Source: Euglena gracilis
Taxonomy: Eukaryota
NCBI GenBank assembly: GCA_039621445.1
Contig: CP154954.1
Location: forward strand, 1,860,001-1,924,000
Direction of reading: 5' to 3'
Length of the DNA stretch: 64,000 nt
Part shown: positions 35,501-48,315 of the stretch, in pieces
Layout: the number at the start of each line of letters is the position of its first letter
Position numbering within the stretch: position 1 is the stretch's first letter
The notes under the pieces: generated by a model
The model's database searches: none
What the model was told of the DNA's origin: nothing
The model's input: the letters and a program-made list of their open reading frames with translations, nothing else
Program-made: the position numbers and the translations under genes

Positions 35501-37400
35501 CTCTTCCTTTTCCCTTTTCTTTCCTCTTTCTTTCTTTTTTTCTTTTCCCCCTTTTCTTTTTCTTTTTCTTTTCCTTCCTCCCTTTTCTTCTCTATCCCCT
35601 TTTTTTTTGTTTTTTTCCCTTTCTTTTTCTTTTCCCCTTCCTTTCTCTCTTTTTTCCCCCTCTTTCTTTCTTTTCTTCCCTTCTTCTTCCTCTTTTCCCT
35701 TTCTTCCTTTTTCTTTTCTTCTTTTCTTTTCCCTTTCTTTTTTTTTTCCTTTTCTTTTCTTTTTCTTTCTTTTTCCTTTTCTTCCTTCCCTTCTTTCCTT
35801 TCCCCTCTTCTTTCTTCTTTCTTCTTCTTTTTTTTCTTTCCCCCTTTTCTTTTCCTCCTCTTTCTTTTCCCTTCTTTTCCTTTTTTCTTTCTTCTTCCCT
35901 TTCTTTTGTCCTTTTTCTTTTTTATTCCCCTCTTTTTTCCCTTCCTCTTTTTTTCTCTCCCTTTTCTTTCTCCTCCTTTCTCTTTTCTTTTTTCTTTTCT
36001 TTCTTTCCCTTCTTTCTTTTCCCTTCTTTTTATCTATTTCCTTTTTTTTTCTTTTTCTTTTCCCCCTTCTTTTTTTTTCTTTTTTTTTTCTTTCTTTTTT
36101 TTTTTTTTTTTTCTTCCTCCTCTTTTTTTTTTTCTTTTTTCTCCTCTTTTTTTTCCTTTTCTTTTTCTCTTTTTTTCTTTTTTTCTTTTTTTCTTTTTTT
36201 TCTTTTTTTTTTCTTTTCTTTTTTTTCCTCCCCCCCCTTCCCCCCTCCCTTTTCTTTCCCTCTCCCCTCCCCTACCCGCCCCCCCTCCCCCCCCCTTCCT
36301 CTTCCCCCCCTCCCCGCCTTCCTCTTCCCCCCCCCCCCTCTCCTCCGCCTCCTCCCCTTTTTCCCCTCCCTCCCTCACCCCCCCCCCCCTCTCTTCCCCC
36401 CTCCTTTTCCTCCCTCCCTACTCTCCCTCCGCCCCACCCTTCCTCCCCTCTCCCCTCCCTCCTCCCTTCCCCCTCCCCCCCCTTTCCTCCCCCCCCTCCT
36501 TCTTCCCCCCTCTTCTCTTTTCCCCTTCTTTTCTCTCCCCCTCCTGCTTCCCCCCCTCCCCCCCCTCCTCCCCCCCCTCCCCCCCCCTCCTCCCCTCATC
36601 CTCCCCACCTCCTCCCCTTTCCCTTTTCCTTTTCTTCCCTGTTCCCCTCCCCCCCCTTCTTTCGTATTCCTTTCCCCCCCCCCTCCCCCCCCCTCTCCCC
36701 CCCCCTTTTCCCCCCGCCCCACCCCCCCCCCTCTCTCTTCCCCCCCTCTCCCCTCTCCCCCTCTCCCTCTTTCCCCCCCCCTTCCCCCCACCCCCCCCCC
36801 TCTTTCCCTCCTCTCTTCCCCCCACTCCCCCCCCTTTCTCTCGCTCCTCTTCCTCCCGCCCCTTCCCCCTTATTCCCCTCTTTTCCCCCCCTCCTCTCGC
36901 CCCTCTTTCCTTCCCCTCTTTCTTCCCTTCCCCTTCCCCCCCCCCCTCCTCTTTCCTCTTCCCTCCCCCCCCTTCTCCGCCACGTCGTTCTTGCCTCATT
37001 GTTCTATGCTCTCCTCCCCCCAACTTCCTTCTCTCCCCACCTCTTCCATCCACTTCTTCGCTTTGTCCCTCCACCTCGCCTGCCCCCCTCGCCGGTGCTC
37101 CCTTTCACCCCCCCCTTCTTCCGCACCCTTCTTTCGCTCCCTACTCCCAACCATCTGCCTACCTTTATCCGCGTCGCAAATTATTAGCCTCCGTAACCCG
37201 CTATGTTGTCTTTTTCCACCTTTCGTCCCTTTACGTTTTTCCTCCCCCCCCTCCGCCCCCCCCTCTTTTACCTCCTACTACCTCCCCCCTCTCCCATCTC
37301 TCGGTTTTTCCCACCTCCTTGTGTTTTTTATTTTTTTTCCAGCTTCATATTGTACCCTTAACGCTCCTCATTCCCTTTTTATCGCTCGTATGCAATGTAT
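29516..37400. other. Aperiodic polypyrimidine tract, probable sequencing or assembly artefact
   Basis: Nearly free of A and G for over 6 kb, with no repeat unit. Composition drifts C-rich to T-rich to C-rich, then purines return gradually. Confidence 0.8.
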
Positions 37401-37689
37401 CTGAGATGACCTGATATTCCTTCTGCGATAGAAAAAGAGGAAAGAGTTACCCGCTTCGCCCTTATCTCCACTATTTCATATCCCGCATTCTGCAGACTAG
37501 AGTCTCTACGGCGAGGCTCCCGGATTAGCTCACCCTGCCTCTGCTTCCTGACGCGCGTGCCAATCCCCGCTCCTTCCCGTCACAAAAACCCTTTCGGGCG
37601 CGTCCTCTTCCAGCCCTGCCGCAGCTGCGTCCTCCACGGGTCTCTCATCAGGAACGTTAACTTGACAGTCCTGAGCCTTACCTCCCCAG

Positions 37690-37882
37690 TAGGGTGTAAT
37701 TTTTAAGCTTCTAAAAGCGCCGTTCTAATTCAATAAAAAATTACGATGAAGATGCAAATGTTTTGCGTGTTCTCGAAGCTAGAGCAGATGCTGGACCTAT
37801 CTTGAAACGTTTATGTCCACATGCACAAGGTAGGGGTTTTCCTATTAAAAAACGAACATGTCATATAACTATTATTGTCTGA
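37690..37882 (+). CDS. rpl22: Plastid ribosomal protein L22, 3' fragment
   Basis: ...ARADAGPILKRLCPHAQGRGFPIKKRTCHITIIV*. The 5' part is lost in noisy sequence. Confidence 0.85.
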
Positions 37883-38514
37883 ATTTGAATTATTTCGTAG
37901 TTTTCTTTTGCAACTCTAATTGTTGTTTTAGTGAGTTTGTTTTTTCTAAATAAAAGATAAATAACTTTTTATTTTTGATGAATTTTAAGTTTATTTGTTT
38001 TTATTATTTGTTGAATTTGGTTTATGGTTTAAAAATTTTAATTTATTTTTCATTTCAAAACAGATTTATTTTATTCATTTTTTTGTTTAAAAAGCGATTG
38101 GAAATACTATCAAAAATTTTTATAGTTTTATAGGTATTTTAAATGTATATTTGTATTAATGAAGCTGTATGTTGTAAACGCTTGTACAGATTTTAGAAGG
38201 ATTATAATTTCTATTCAATTAAAATTATCCATTTTATAAAAATTTTTGTTAACTTATTGCATTTTGTTTTTGTAATTTATTTTATTAAGTGTTGGAACCT
38301 CATTAATCAGAAAAAACTTATTTTTTACATTAACTGGTCATTTTGTTTTGAAAAAATTTGAAAGATTAAATTTATAGAAAAAAGATTAAATCTCTATTAA
38401 TAAATAATCAAAACAATAATCGTTTTTAAATTTACCTGGTATTTATTTGTTGTTCGTAGTTTATTTTTATATTATTTTCAATTAAGATTTTAGCATTAGT
38501 TGTTTTTTTTTTTT

Positions 38515-39682
38515 ATGGGTCAAAAAGTTCACCCTTTAGGGTTTAGGCTAGGTATTACTATTGAGATACAAAATATTATTTATTTCGTAATAAATATTTT
38601 ATTCTATTATTAACTTGTGTTTTATCTAAAATATTTATAGTGCGATACTAAAGTTCTAAAGTTAATTTTTATAATTTTTTGGTCTTATTTACTTTAAAAT
38701 TTATAAGATAGCTTCAATTCGTTAAATATTATTTTGAGGTCGATTTTTTATATTTTTCTATTAAGTGTTGTTTTTAATGTTTATTTTTCCTTATTTATTT
38801 TTTTTTTAGAAAAAGTTTTTATTCTTATTTTGAGGATAATTTGATTTATTTTTTATTAGAATTAGAGATTTTATACCCGAGTTTTTATTTTAGCTATATG
38901 CTTTTAATAAGCTTGTTTTGTTTTGAAAGTATTTTATTTTTAACTTTAAAAAGAGTTTTCTATTTTCTTAGTCGCATAGTTCATTTTGGTATGTGGAAAG
39001 GAGGCATTACGCTAGTTTTGTAAAAGAAGACATCGTTATCCGTAATTTTATGAATAAAGAGCTTTTAGAGACTTTAATTTCGTTGATAAAGATAGAAAGA
39101 ATATATGAATTTAGTGAACAAAGAAATAACACAATAGTCTATATTCATGTTGCCAGACCAGAACGTGTAATAGGAAGAGATGGCCAGGGATTATCTCGTA
39201 TTAGGGATATATTGATTGATAGGATGAATTATCTGTTGGGTAAGACTCCTCGTATTATTACTTGTAAGGTTGTAGGAGTGACCTCTCCTAATTTAGATGC
39301 CAGACTTCTTGCCGACTCAGTTCGTCGAGAATTAGAAAAACGAACACCTTTTATAAGGGCTATGAAAACTGTAATGTTGCAAGCAATGAAGGCAGGAGCA
39401 GAGGGTATAAAGGTTCAAGTTTCTGGACGTTTAAATGGTATAGAAATTGCTAGGACGGAATGGTTTAGGGAAGGAAGAGTTCCTCTTCATACTTTGAGGG
39501 CAGATATAGATTATTTTAATGATATAGCTCATAAGATATTTCTTTTATTTTATAAAATTTAGTATAATTTTATAAATTTTTCTTTATTTTTATTTTTTTT
39601 TTTTATTTTAATTAAATTTTTTTAATTTATTATTACTTTTTATGAATTTTTAGGGATAAAGTTTTGGGTATATAAAGTTTAG
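38515..39682 (+). CDS. rps3: Plastid ribosomal protein S3; exon 1 38515-38560, exon 2 38970-~39533, last exon corrupted
   Basis: MGQKVHPLGFRLGIT, GIKVQVSGRLNGIEIARTEWFREGRVPLHTLRADID, and a GIKV-WVYKV* remnant. Confidence 0.95.
38561..38969 (+). other. rps3 intron 1: mixed twintron (group II ~38640-38950 inside group III)
   Basis: 409 nt; the outer intron starts ttgag (NUNNG) and the inner starts gtgcg. Removal restores the frame. Matches the known E. gracilis rps3 twintron. Confidence 0.85.
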
Positions 39683-42600
39683 CGTTTTTTTATTTTTTTT
39701 TTTATTGATATTTATATTATTTTTATTTTTCGCTATATTGTAAAACATTTTGTTTTCTTTTTTTTATAGATTTAATTGGAACTTTATTAAATGGAATTTT
39801 TTGCGTCATTAATTTTGTATTATTTTAAAATATTTTTTATGAAAAATTCCTTCTTTATAATCCTTCAATATTTAAAGATCAAATTTACTTTTATAAATTA
39901 AATTTTTTCTAAATTTTGGAATTTTTATTTATTTTTACTTGTTAAAATAACAATAATATACAGTATTAACTGAAATTGTTATTAATAAATCATTTATATT
40001 CTAATAAAAGCATGCATTATTAGTATTATTAGTAATACCTGAACGAAACATGTATATTTATATTCATTTATTGAAAAGCTGTACTATATGAAATATTTTT
40101 TACAGTTTGTGAACAAATTTTAATTAAAAGTTTTAGTTCATTAGTTTACGAATTTGCATCATTTTTGTAAAAATTTTATTTTATTTTATTATTTATACTT
40201 AATTGATTATTTTTATGAGGTTTTAAAACAGCACTTTTTTTGATATACTGTTTATTAAAAACATAAAATTTATTTAGCATCTAAAAAAATCAGATATTAT
40301 TTTTGGTTAAAAACAAACAACGGCGTTTTTTTAAAATTTTTATGCATATTTTCTGTTCGTAATTGCTTTGAAAAAATTTCCTTCTTTAATCGTATTTTTA
40401 TTCTTTAAGGATAAATTTTTTCTAGTTTCTTTTATCTTCGAAAAGAAATTTATTTCTCCATGGTTTTTTTTATAACATTAAAAACGCGTTTTTGTTTTAT
40501 TCTTATGATTTTTTTTTTTTATATAAATTATTTTTTAGTTTTTTTTTAATAATTATTTTTTTATTTTATATTATTTATATTAATCTTTTTTTTATAAAAT
40601 ATTATTAATTTTTTGTTGAATGTAACTATTTAGATTTTGATCAAATTATAATAGATGATATTAAGTTCTTTTATTATTTTAAGGTGAATAATTTTAAGTT
40701 TTTATTTTTTGTTCGTTTTTTTTGGATTTATAAAAATTTTCCTTTGGATGTAAATTTTTTAAAAAAAATTTTTAGACCGTAAAAATTTGGTTTTTTTTTT
40801 TTAAGTCATTTTTTTTAATAATTTTTAATTTTATATTTAATGGATTGTTGCGAATTACTATTTAATGTGTTTTTTGAGAATTCTTAAACTTGTATTTTTA
40901 ATAAAGTTATTCATTAGAAATAGAATTTTTTTTGCAGGTATTAAATTTTTGTATTATTAAATCATTAATTTTTTAATGAATTATCAATTTCTTCAAGATT
41001 TGTATAATAAAAAAAGAATATTTTTGTTAATAAGTAATTACGTAATCACCTTTTTTCGTTTTTGTAGTGAACTATAATGCTGTATTCTAAAATTGATTTT
41101 GTAGCTTTTTTTTAAAGTTATGTAAATTTTACGCTGGTTTATATAAATATATTTTTTAGTTTTTTAATTTTTTTTTTTTTAAAAGTGCGTATTTTGCTTT
41201 TTTTTTTAAAATTTTATTTAAAAACTTAATATTTTCGTTTTTCATAGGTTTTTTTTAAATTATTTTCAATTATTCAAAATAAAAATTACATAATAAATAA
41301 TTTTGAAAAATTTTCATAAATTTTTTTTCTTAGTTTAATTGAAAAATCTTAATTTAAAATTTTAAAATTTATTCATTTAAAAATAAGTTCTATTAAAAAT
41401 TTTAACTAAAAAAACAATAAAAGTTAATTCTATTGATTTAATCAAAATTAGACGTTTAGGATTATTCTACGCAATTTTTATTGTAATTTTTCCATTTGAA
41501 ATTATTTTTTTAATTATGAAATTTTATATCTTGATTATTTTTCAGATAAAAAGCCTATTACAATTTGATTTGTATGATTAGGTTTGTTTTAAAAAACTTG
41601 TTAAAAAGTCTATTTAAAAAAATTTTTATTAGTTATAAAGTTTATTATTTGTTTTATATAGATAAATTTTATTTTTTTTTTTAGTTTTCTTTATGTTTTT
41701 TTTTTTTTAAAAAATTTTTATATCTTTTTTTAGTCTTCGATTATTTTTAAATTAATATTAATTCTTTTATAGATTTGAGACGTTTGTATTTAATTTTTAT
41801 TTTCGATTTTTAAGATTTTTCAAATATTTTATTGTTTTAAAAAACTATCTTTATAAATTTTAAAAATGATTTATGTTTAAAAAAATTATTTTTTTTAGTA
41901 AATTTTTGAATAAACAAATTTTAGATGTTTAAGTTTTTTTTGTTTAATAAAATTTTATTTTTAGAATTAGCTCTTTATCTTTACCGATTATTGTTGAATA
42001 TAAAAATTCATTCTAGAAAAACTAGATTTTTTTAAATATTGGAAATTTTTTAAATTAATTTTTATTATGATATAAAACAGTTTTTTATTTTTTAAATTTT
42101 ATTTGTATTCTTAAATATTTTTTATAGTTAAAAATATAAAATTTAAAATATATAATACTTTAAATATATTAAACTTATATAATAAAAGAAAATTAGAATT
42201 TTTGAAAATTAATATAAAATTTTCAAATTTTTGTTTATTTAAAATATTTTCTTTTGTAAAAAAAATCGATTTATTAATCGTTTTGTAATTTTAACTAAAA
42301 AAATTTATTTTTTAAAATTTGATTTTAATTCATTTTTATTGTAATAATTTTAATCATTTGCAATATTTATTTTTAGAAATTTATTATTTTTATTTTCGTT
42401 GTTTTTATAGTCTTATTGTTATAAAACAATTTCGTATATCATAATATGATTAACATGTTAAAAAAAATTTTTTTTATGTAAAAAATAAAATTTTTATTGT
42501 TTAAAGTTATTTTTTTTGTTTAATAAATTTTTTATTTAAAATTGTTTTTTAATTATTTTTAACTAAAATAATTTAAAAAAAATTATTATGATAAAAATTT

Positions 42601-43690
42601 AATTATTTTTTTTTAATTTAAATTATTGTAATTATTTTTAATAATTTTTTTTAAATAAATGTTTATATTTTAAAATTTTGTATTAAATATTTTTTGAGTA
42701 AAAAAATTAAAATTATTAAAAAATACTTTATCTTTATAAATTATGTTATTTAAAAATTTTTTATTTTATAATGATTTATTTTTTTTATGATTTTATTTTT
42801 TTAATTTATTAATTAAAAAATATATTTTCTTTTTTAGTTTGATTTTTAAATATTTATTTTTAAATATTAGATTTTATATTTAATTTTTTTTTTTTTATTT
42901 AATAAAATTTATATAATTTTTTGTTTAAATATTTAATAAAATTTTTATTTTATAAATTTTTTTTTAAAAAATTTTTTAAAAAAAAGTGATTTTTTTTAAT
43001 TGTTTTATTTTAAATAAATTTTTATGTTTTTTTTTAAAAAAAAAATTTTTTTATTTAATTTATTAGATTATTAAGATATAAAAATAAATTTATAAAAATT
43101 TTTATTTCTGTAAATTTAAAAATTATTTAAAAAATAGAATTTTTTCATTGTAAAAATGGAAAAATTTTTAAAGTATTTATTTGAATATTAAAATTTTTTT
43201 TAAAAATAAAATTAAAATGTATTAAAATTTTATTTTAAAATTTAAAATTTTAATTCTAATTTTTTTTAATAATATTTTTTATAAAATATTTTTTTTTAGT
43301 TCTTGTTCTTTTAATTTATTTTTTATTTAATGTTAAACAAAAAATATTTGAAAATTTTTTGGAAAAAAATTTTTATTCGTTTTATTAAAAATTCAGAAAT
43401 ATTTTAAATAATATTGTAAAATTGTTTTTTTTTTGTAAAATAATAAATTTTTATTTTTTCGTTTTTATTATTTTATTATTTTTTATATTATTTTTATAAA
43501 TTTATAAAGATTTTATTATTTTAAAGAATATTTAATTTTAAAAAAAATATATTTTAATTTTTGTTAAATGTTAAATAAAAATAATATTTTTTACGAAAAA
43601 TTTTATAATTAATAATTTTATTAAATACAAAATTTTTTTTAATTAAAAAAATTAAAAATAATGTATTAAATTTTTTATTTTTAAATAAAG
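39683..43690. other. Progressively degraded AT-rich plastid-like sequence where orf516/roaA, rpl16, rpl14 and rpl5 are expected
   Basis: Intron-start-like remnants (ttgcg at ~39801 and ~40848, gtgcg at ~41185) but no readable ORFs. A/T homopolymers increase to the right. Confidence 0.6.
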
Positions 43691-44188
43691 ATAATTAAAT
43701 GTAATTTAGTTATAAATAAAATTTATAATTTTTATTATCAAAAAATTGCTTTAATTTATTTATGCAATTTTTAATTGTTATCCAATTTGTCAATATACCG
43801 CCCAACCAACGTTTTGTTACAAAAAAAGAATTACATTTTAAAGCGATTTTTTGTGTTAAAATAGAAAAAAAGCGTTTTGTACAAACAAAAAGAGCCATTA
43901 AGATTAAAAATTTTTCTAATAAATATTCATAAAAAATTTATAAAGCTTTTTAAAAAATGCTAAAATCTAACAGATTGGTTTTCATAAAAAGTCACAACTT
44001 TTACCTTTACGTACAGAACGTATAAGGAAATTGCAAGCTTTTTTTAAACAAACTATAGTCTGTAACAAATCGATAATATGAAGACCTTTGCGTTCTCCAT
44101 AAATATAAATTCTCATTCTTGGATTCCATTGTTTAACCTTATGACCAAGATGAACACTAGAATTAAGCATTTTTTCTACAGTAATCAT
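43691..44188 (-). pseudogene. rps2: Truncated inverted copy of the 5' part of rps2
   Basis: Identical to 46849-47346; ends inside an intron. Confidence 0.8.
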
Positions 44189-44358
44189 ATTTAATTAAAT
44201 TTAAAAAACGAGTAGCGTAACATACATATAAAGAAAATAATAGTTATAAAAGATATATAAAAATATTTCATAAAAAAAAATTTTCTTTATTATTTTAAGA
44301 AGTAAATACCGGAATCATCTATGTATTTTTTGTTTTATTGTTTCTTCAATTCTCTTAA

Positions 44359-44430
44359 AGACGACACCCAGAATCGAACTGGGGAATAAAAGATTTGCAA
44401 TCTTCTGCCTTACCGCTTGGCCATGCCGCC
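44359..44430 (-). tRNA. trnC: tRNA-Cys(GCA), inverted copy
   Basis: Reverse complement of 46607-46678. Confidence 0.9.
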
Positions 44431-44431
44431 A

Positions 44432-44504
44432 TGCTAGGAACCAGATTTGAACTGGTGACACAAGGATTTTCAGTCCTCCGCTCTACCAACTGAGCTATCC
44501 CAGC
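44432..44504 (-). tRNA. trnF: tRNA-Phe(GAA), inverted copy
   Basis: Reverse complement of 46533-46605. Confidence 0.9.
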
Positions 44505-44556
44505 TATTATTATTATAAATTAATTTATACTTATATTATTATAAGTAAATTTAAGT

Positions 44557-44965
44557 TTACCAACTCGCTTTGGTTACACCTGGAAGTAAACCATAATGAG
44601 CCATATCTCGAAGAATATGTCGTGATAATCCAAAAGTCCTAAAATATCCACGTGATCTCCCTGTTACGTAACAACGATTTCGAAAGAGTTAACAAATAAA
44701 AATACTCAAAAAAATAAATATAAAAATTTTATAAATTTTTCAAATTATTAACAGCTATAAAATTTGAATGACAAATAGAAAATCAAATTAATCGGCAACG
44801 CAAACTATTTCTAGGTAATTTTTGCAAAAAAGAGTAAATCCGCAATTTTTTCTCAAAAGATTTTTCGTCTTTTCCATTTGTCCTGTATACATAACGGTTA
44901 TGGGAATGTATTAATACTAATATTATTCGTTTTCTCTGTCTTGCTATAAGACTTTTTTTTGACAT
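44557..44965 (-). CDS. rps14: Ribosomal protein S14, inverted copy
   Basis: Reverse complement of 46072-46480. Confidence 0.9.
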
Positions 44966-45004
44966 AAATAAAAAATTTTTAGGTTAAATAATGCTCGAAT
45001 AAGA

Positions 45005-45088
45005 TGCATTCAGCTGGATTCGAACCAGCGACGTCCTTCCGGAGCGAGATTATGAGTCCCGTGCTATCGTCCACTCTGCCATAAATGC
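45005..45088 (-). tRNA. trnI: tRNA with CAU anticodon (Ile2), inverted copy
   Basis: Reverse complement of 45949-46032. Confidence 0.8.
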
Positions 45089-45116
45089 GCCTACAAATTA
45101 TAGACGCAAAACAAGT

Positions 45117-45230
45117 TTAACCCTGTCGTTGTTTATGCTTGTTATTTATACAAACAACTAAAAGATTGTTTTTGCGACGAATCAAATAACATTTATTACA
45201 AATTTTTTTAACAGAAGAACGTATTTTCAT
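45117..45230 (-). CDS. rpl36: Ribosomal protein L36, inverted copy
   Basis: Reverse complement of 45807-45920. Confidence 0.9.
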   Translation of the reverse strand: MKIRSSVKKICNKCYLIRRKNNLLVVCINNKHKQRQG

Positions 45231-45262
45231 AAAAATTAAGTCTAATTAAACAAACCAAAAGG

Positions 45263-45723
45263 TCAAGTTTTCTTATATAAAATAAAACGTGTAAAACGTG
45301 TAAACCTGGTTTGCGTACTTATAGTAGTTATAAAGACTACAATGGGCGTTGGTTTAACTGTTTGTGCGATATGTTTTTTGAGTTTCATAAGATAAAAATT
45401 ATAAGCAATAATAAATTTTTTATAATGATTTCCTTTATTATAATTTAGCAAGAATTTCTATTTTTGTATTTTAATGTATGTTTTTGTGAAAAACATAAAA
45501 TTTAATTCTTATTATTCGTGAATTATTTTGAAATATTTTTTAACGTAATTTTTTGTATTATTATTATTATTTTTATTTGAGCCTTATGTTGATTATTAAC
45601 TTGTATTGTTCTTAAAGAAATTTTAAAATTTAATTTTGCATGTCTACTTCTAAAGGATTAATGACTGATCGATTGGCTAGATCTAATAAAATTGGTGGGG
45701 AGATTCTGTTTTATATTTGGTAA
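45263..45723 (+). CDS. rps8: Ribosomal protein S8, 3' fragment with an intron
   Basis: KPGLRTYSSYKD remnant near 45300 and last exon STSKGLMTDRLARSNKIGGEILFYIW*. The 5' part is missing. Confidence 0.85.
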
Positions 45724-45806
45724 ATAAACTAAAATTACCTCTTTTGTTTTATTATTTTTTATTAAAAAGTTGTTTGATAATTTTTGTTTAATTAGACTTA
45801 ATTTTT

Positions 45807-45920
45807 ATGAAAATACGTTCTTCTGTTAAAAAAATTTGTAATAAATGTTATTTGATTCGTCGCAAAAACAATCTTTTAGTTGTTTGTATAAATAACAAGC
45901 ATAAACAACGACAGGGTTAA
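45807..45920 (+). CDS. rpl36: Ribosomal protein L36
   Basis: [37 protein letters not shown]. Confidence 0.95.
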   Translation: MKIRSSVKKICNKCYLIRRKNNLLVVCINNKHKQRQG

Positions 45921-45948
45921 ACTTGTTTTGCGTCTATAATTTGTAGGC

Positions 45949-46032
45949 GCATTTATGGCAGAGTGGACGATAGCACGGGACTCATAATCTCGCTCCGGAA
46001 GGACGTCGCTGGTTCGAATCCAGCTGAATGCA
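45949..46032 (+). tRNA. trnI: tRNA with CAU anticodon, most likely Ile2 (lysidine), long variable arm
   Basis: Cloverleaf with ct-CAT-aa loop and ggttcgaatcc T arm. It lacks the initiator GGG/CCC anticodon stem and sits in the rpl36-trnI-rps14 position. Confidence 0.8.
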
Positions 46033-46071
46033 TCTTATTCGAGCATTATTTAACCTAAAAATTTTTTATTT

Positions 46072-46480
46072 ATGTCAAAAAAAAGTCTTATAGCAAGACA
46101 GAGAAAACGAATAATATTAGTATTAATACATTCCCATAACCGTTATGTATACAGGACAAATGGAAAAGACGAAAAATCTTTTGAGAAAAAATTGCGGATT
46201 TACTCTTTTTTGCAAAAATTACCTAGAAATAGTTTGCGTTGCCGATTAATTTGATTTTCTATTTGTCATTCAAATTTTATAGCTGTTAATAATTTGAAAA
46301 ATTTATAAAATTTTTATATTTATTTTTTTGAGTATTTTTATTTGTTAACTCTTTCGAAATCGTTGTTACGTAACAGGGAGATCACGTGGATATTTTAGGA
46401 CTTTTGGATTATCACGACATATTCTTCGAGATATGGCTCATTATGGTTTACTTCCAGGTGTAACCAAAGCGAGTTGGTAA
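46072..46480 (+). CDS. rps14: Ribosomal protein S14, with a group III intron at 46249-46354
   Basis: [13 protein letters not shown]...LPRNS..RL / [41 protein letters not shown]. Confidence 0.95.
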
Positions 46481-46532
46481 ACTTAAATTTACTTATAATA
46501 ATATAAGTATAAATTAATTTATAATAATAATA

Positions 46533-46605
46533 GCTGGGATAGCTCAGTTGGTAGAGCGGAGGACTGAAAATCCTTGTGTCACCAGTTCAAATCTGGTTCC
46601 TAGCA
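46533..46605 (+). tRNA. trnF: tRNA-Phe(GAA)
   Basis: gctgggatagctcagttggtagagcggaggactGAAaatcctt...ttcaaatctggttcctagca. Confidence 0.97.
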
Positions 46606-46606
46606 T

Positions 46607-46678
46607 GGCGGCATGGCCAAGCGGTAAGGCAGAAGATTGCAAATCTTTTATTCCCCAGTTCGATTCTGGGTGTCGTCT
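46607..46678 (+). tRNA. trnC: tRNA-Cys(GCA)
   Basis: ggcggcatggccaagcggtaaggcagaagattGCAaatcttt...ttcgattctgggtgtcgtct. Confidence 0.95.
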
Positions 46679-46848
46679 TTAAGAGAATTGAAGAAACAAT
46701 AAAACAAAAAATACATAGATGATTCCGGTATTTACTTCTTAAAATAATAAAGAAAATTTTTTTTTATGAAATATTTTTATATATCTTTTATAACTATTAT
46801 TTTCTTTATATGTATGTTACGCTACTCGTTTTTTAAATTTAATTAAAT

Positions 46849-48273
46849 ATGATTACTGTAGAAAAAATGCTTAATTCTAGTGTTCATCTTGGTCATAAGG
46901 TTAAACAATGGAATCCAAGAATGAGAATTTATATTTATGGAGAACGCAAAGGTCTTCATATTATCGATTTGTTACAGACTATAGTTTGTTTAAAAAAAGC
47001 TTGCAATTTCCTTATACGTTCTGTACGTAAAGGTAAAAGTTGTGACTTTTTATGAAAACCAATCTGTTAGATTTTAGCATTTTTTAAAAAGCTTTATAAA
47101 TTTTTTATGAATATTTATTAGAAAAATTTTTAATCTTAATGGCTCTTTTTGTTTGTACAAAACGCTTTTTTTCTATTTTAACACAAAAAATCGCTTTAAA
47201 ATGTAATTCTTTTTTTGTAACAAAACGTTGGTTGGGCGGTATATTGACAAATTGGATAACAATTAAAAATTGCATAAATAAATTAAAGCAATTTTTTGAT
47301 AATAAAAATTATAAATTTTATTTATAACTAAATTACATTTAATTATAAAATTAAGAATAATTTTGGGATTATTTTATTTTTGTTGCAATAAAATTTTATG
47401 CTAAAATCAAAACAAAAAGAAAAGCATCACAACTTATTAACAAAAAAAGAACGTTTAGTACTAAAAAAAAAAAAATTAAATGTGACTCAATTTTTATTTT
47501 TTAACTAAATTTTAAAATTTTTATAAATATATTTATTTTCAAACTAGATAATTAATCGAAAGAATATTCTATTTAATTAGCTTAAAAAATATTTTTCCGG
47601 TATGAGAGATATGACTGAACGTCCTGAAATTGTTATTATAATAGGACAAAACAAGGAGATAAATGCTGTACGTGAATGTAAAAAGTTAGGTATTGCTAGT
47701 ATAACTATAGTGCGTTATTCATGTTTTAAGTATCTCTTTTTTCCATAGTAGAATTTTTTTTATTAAAGAATAAAAAATTTATAAAATGAAAATTCTTTAA
47801 AAATAATTATTAGAATTAATTATTAAATAATTACAATTAAATTTGAATGAATATAGTAACAAATTATTTCTCGATATTTTATTTTGTTATTTAGTAATAT
47901 AGTTTTTAATATAACAATAAACTACCTTTGAGGTTTATGAATAATTTTTAAAAATTAAATAATGAAAAAGTTTTGTTTTTTTGTAACAAGTTTTAATAAC
48001 TTTAAATAAATAATTATTCAAAGCTGTATGAAACTTTAAATCGTTTTCTTGTTCAGTTTGATGAAGCGTATTAATTTTTAAATTAAATGCGTATTTTATT
48101 TAGATACCAATTGTGACCCCACACTTACTAAATATCCTATTCCTTCAAATGATGATTCTATTCTTTCTGTTTCTTTAATTTTGAGTGTTCTTTGTAATTC
48201 CATAAATCGGGGCGTTAACAACAAAGTAAGACAAAAATTTGATAAGTATAAAAAATTCAAAAAACTTTCTTAA
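46849..48273 (+). CDS. rps2: Ribosomal protein S2; three ~100-nt group III introns and one group II intron (47710-48099)
   Basis: [39 protein letters not shown]. Confidence 0.95.
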
Positions 48274-48315
48274 AGGTTTCAGTGACTTTCATAATAATTT
48301 TTTATTTTTCGAGAA

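Larger units (their letters stand above)
43691..45254 (-). repeat. 1564-bp inverted duplicate of 45783-47346 (rpl36, trnI, rps14, trnF, trnC, 5' rps2)
   Basis: Identical translated ORFs on opposite strands; paired coordinates all sum to 91037. Confidence 0.95.

Noticed and set aside
29336-37414. 2692-aa and 2631-aa F/S/P/L-rich ORFs
   Set aside because: Stop codons need purines, so a C/T-only tract is open by construction; no domain signal.
45949-46032. Initiator tRNA-Met
   Set aside because: It lacks three consecutive G-C pairs in the anticodon stem and the unpaired first base pair; gene order fits trnI(CAU).
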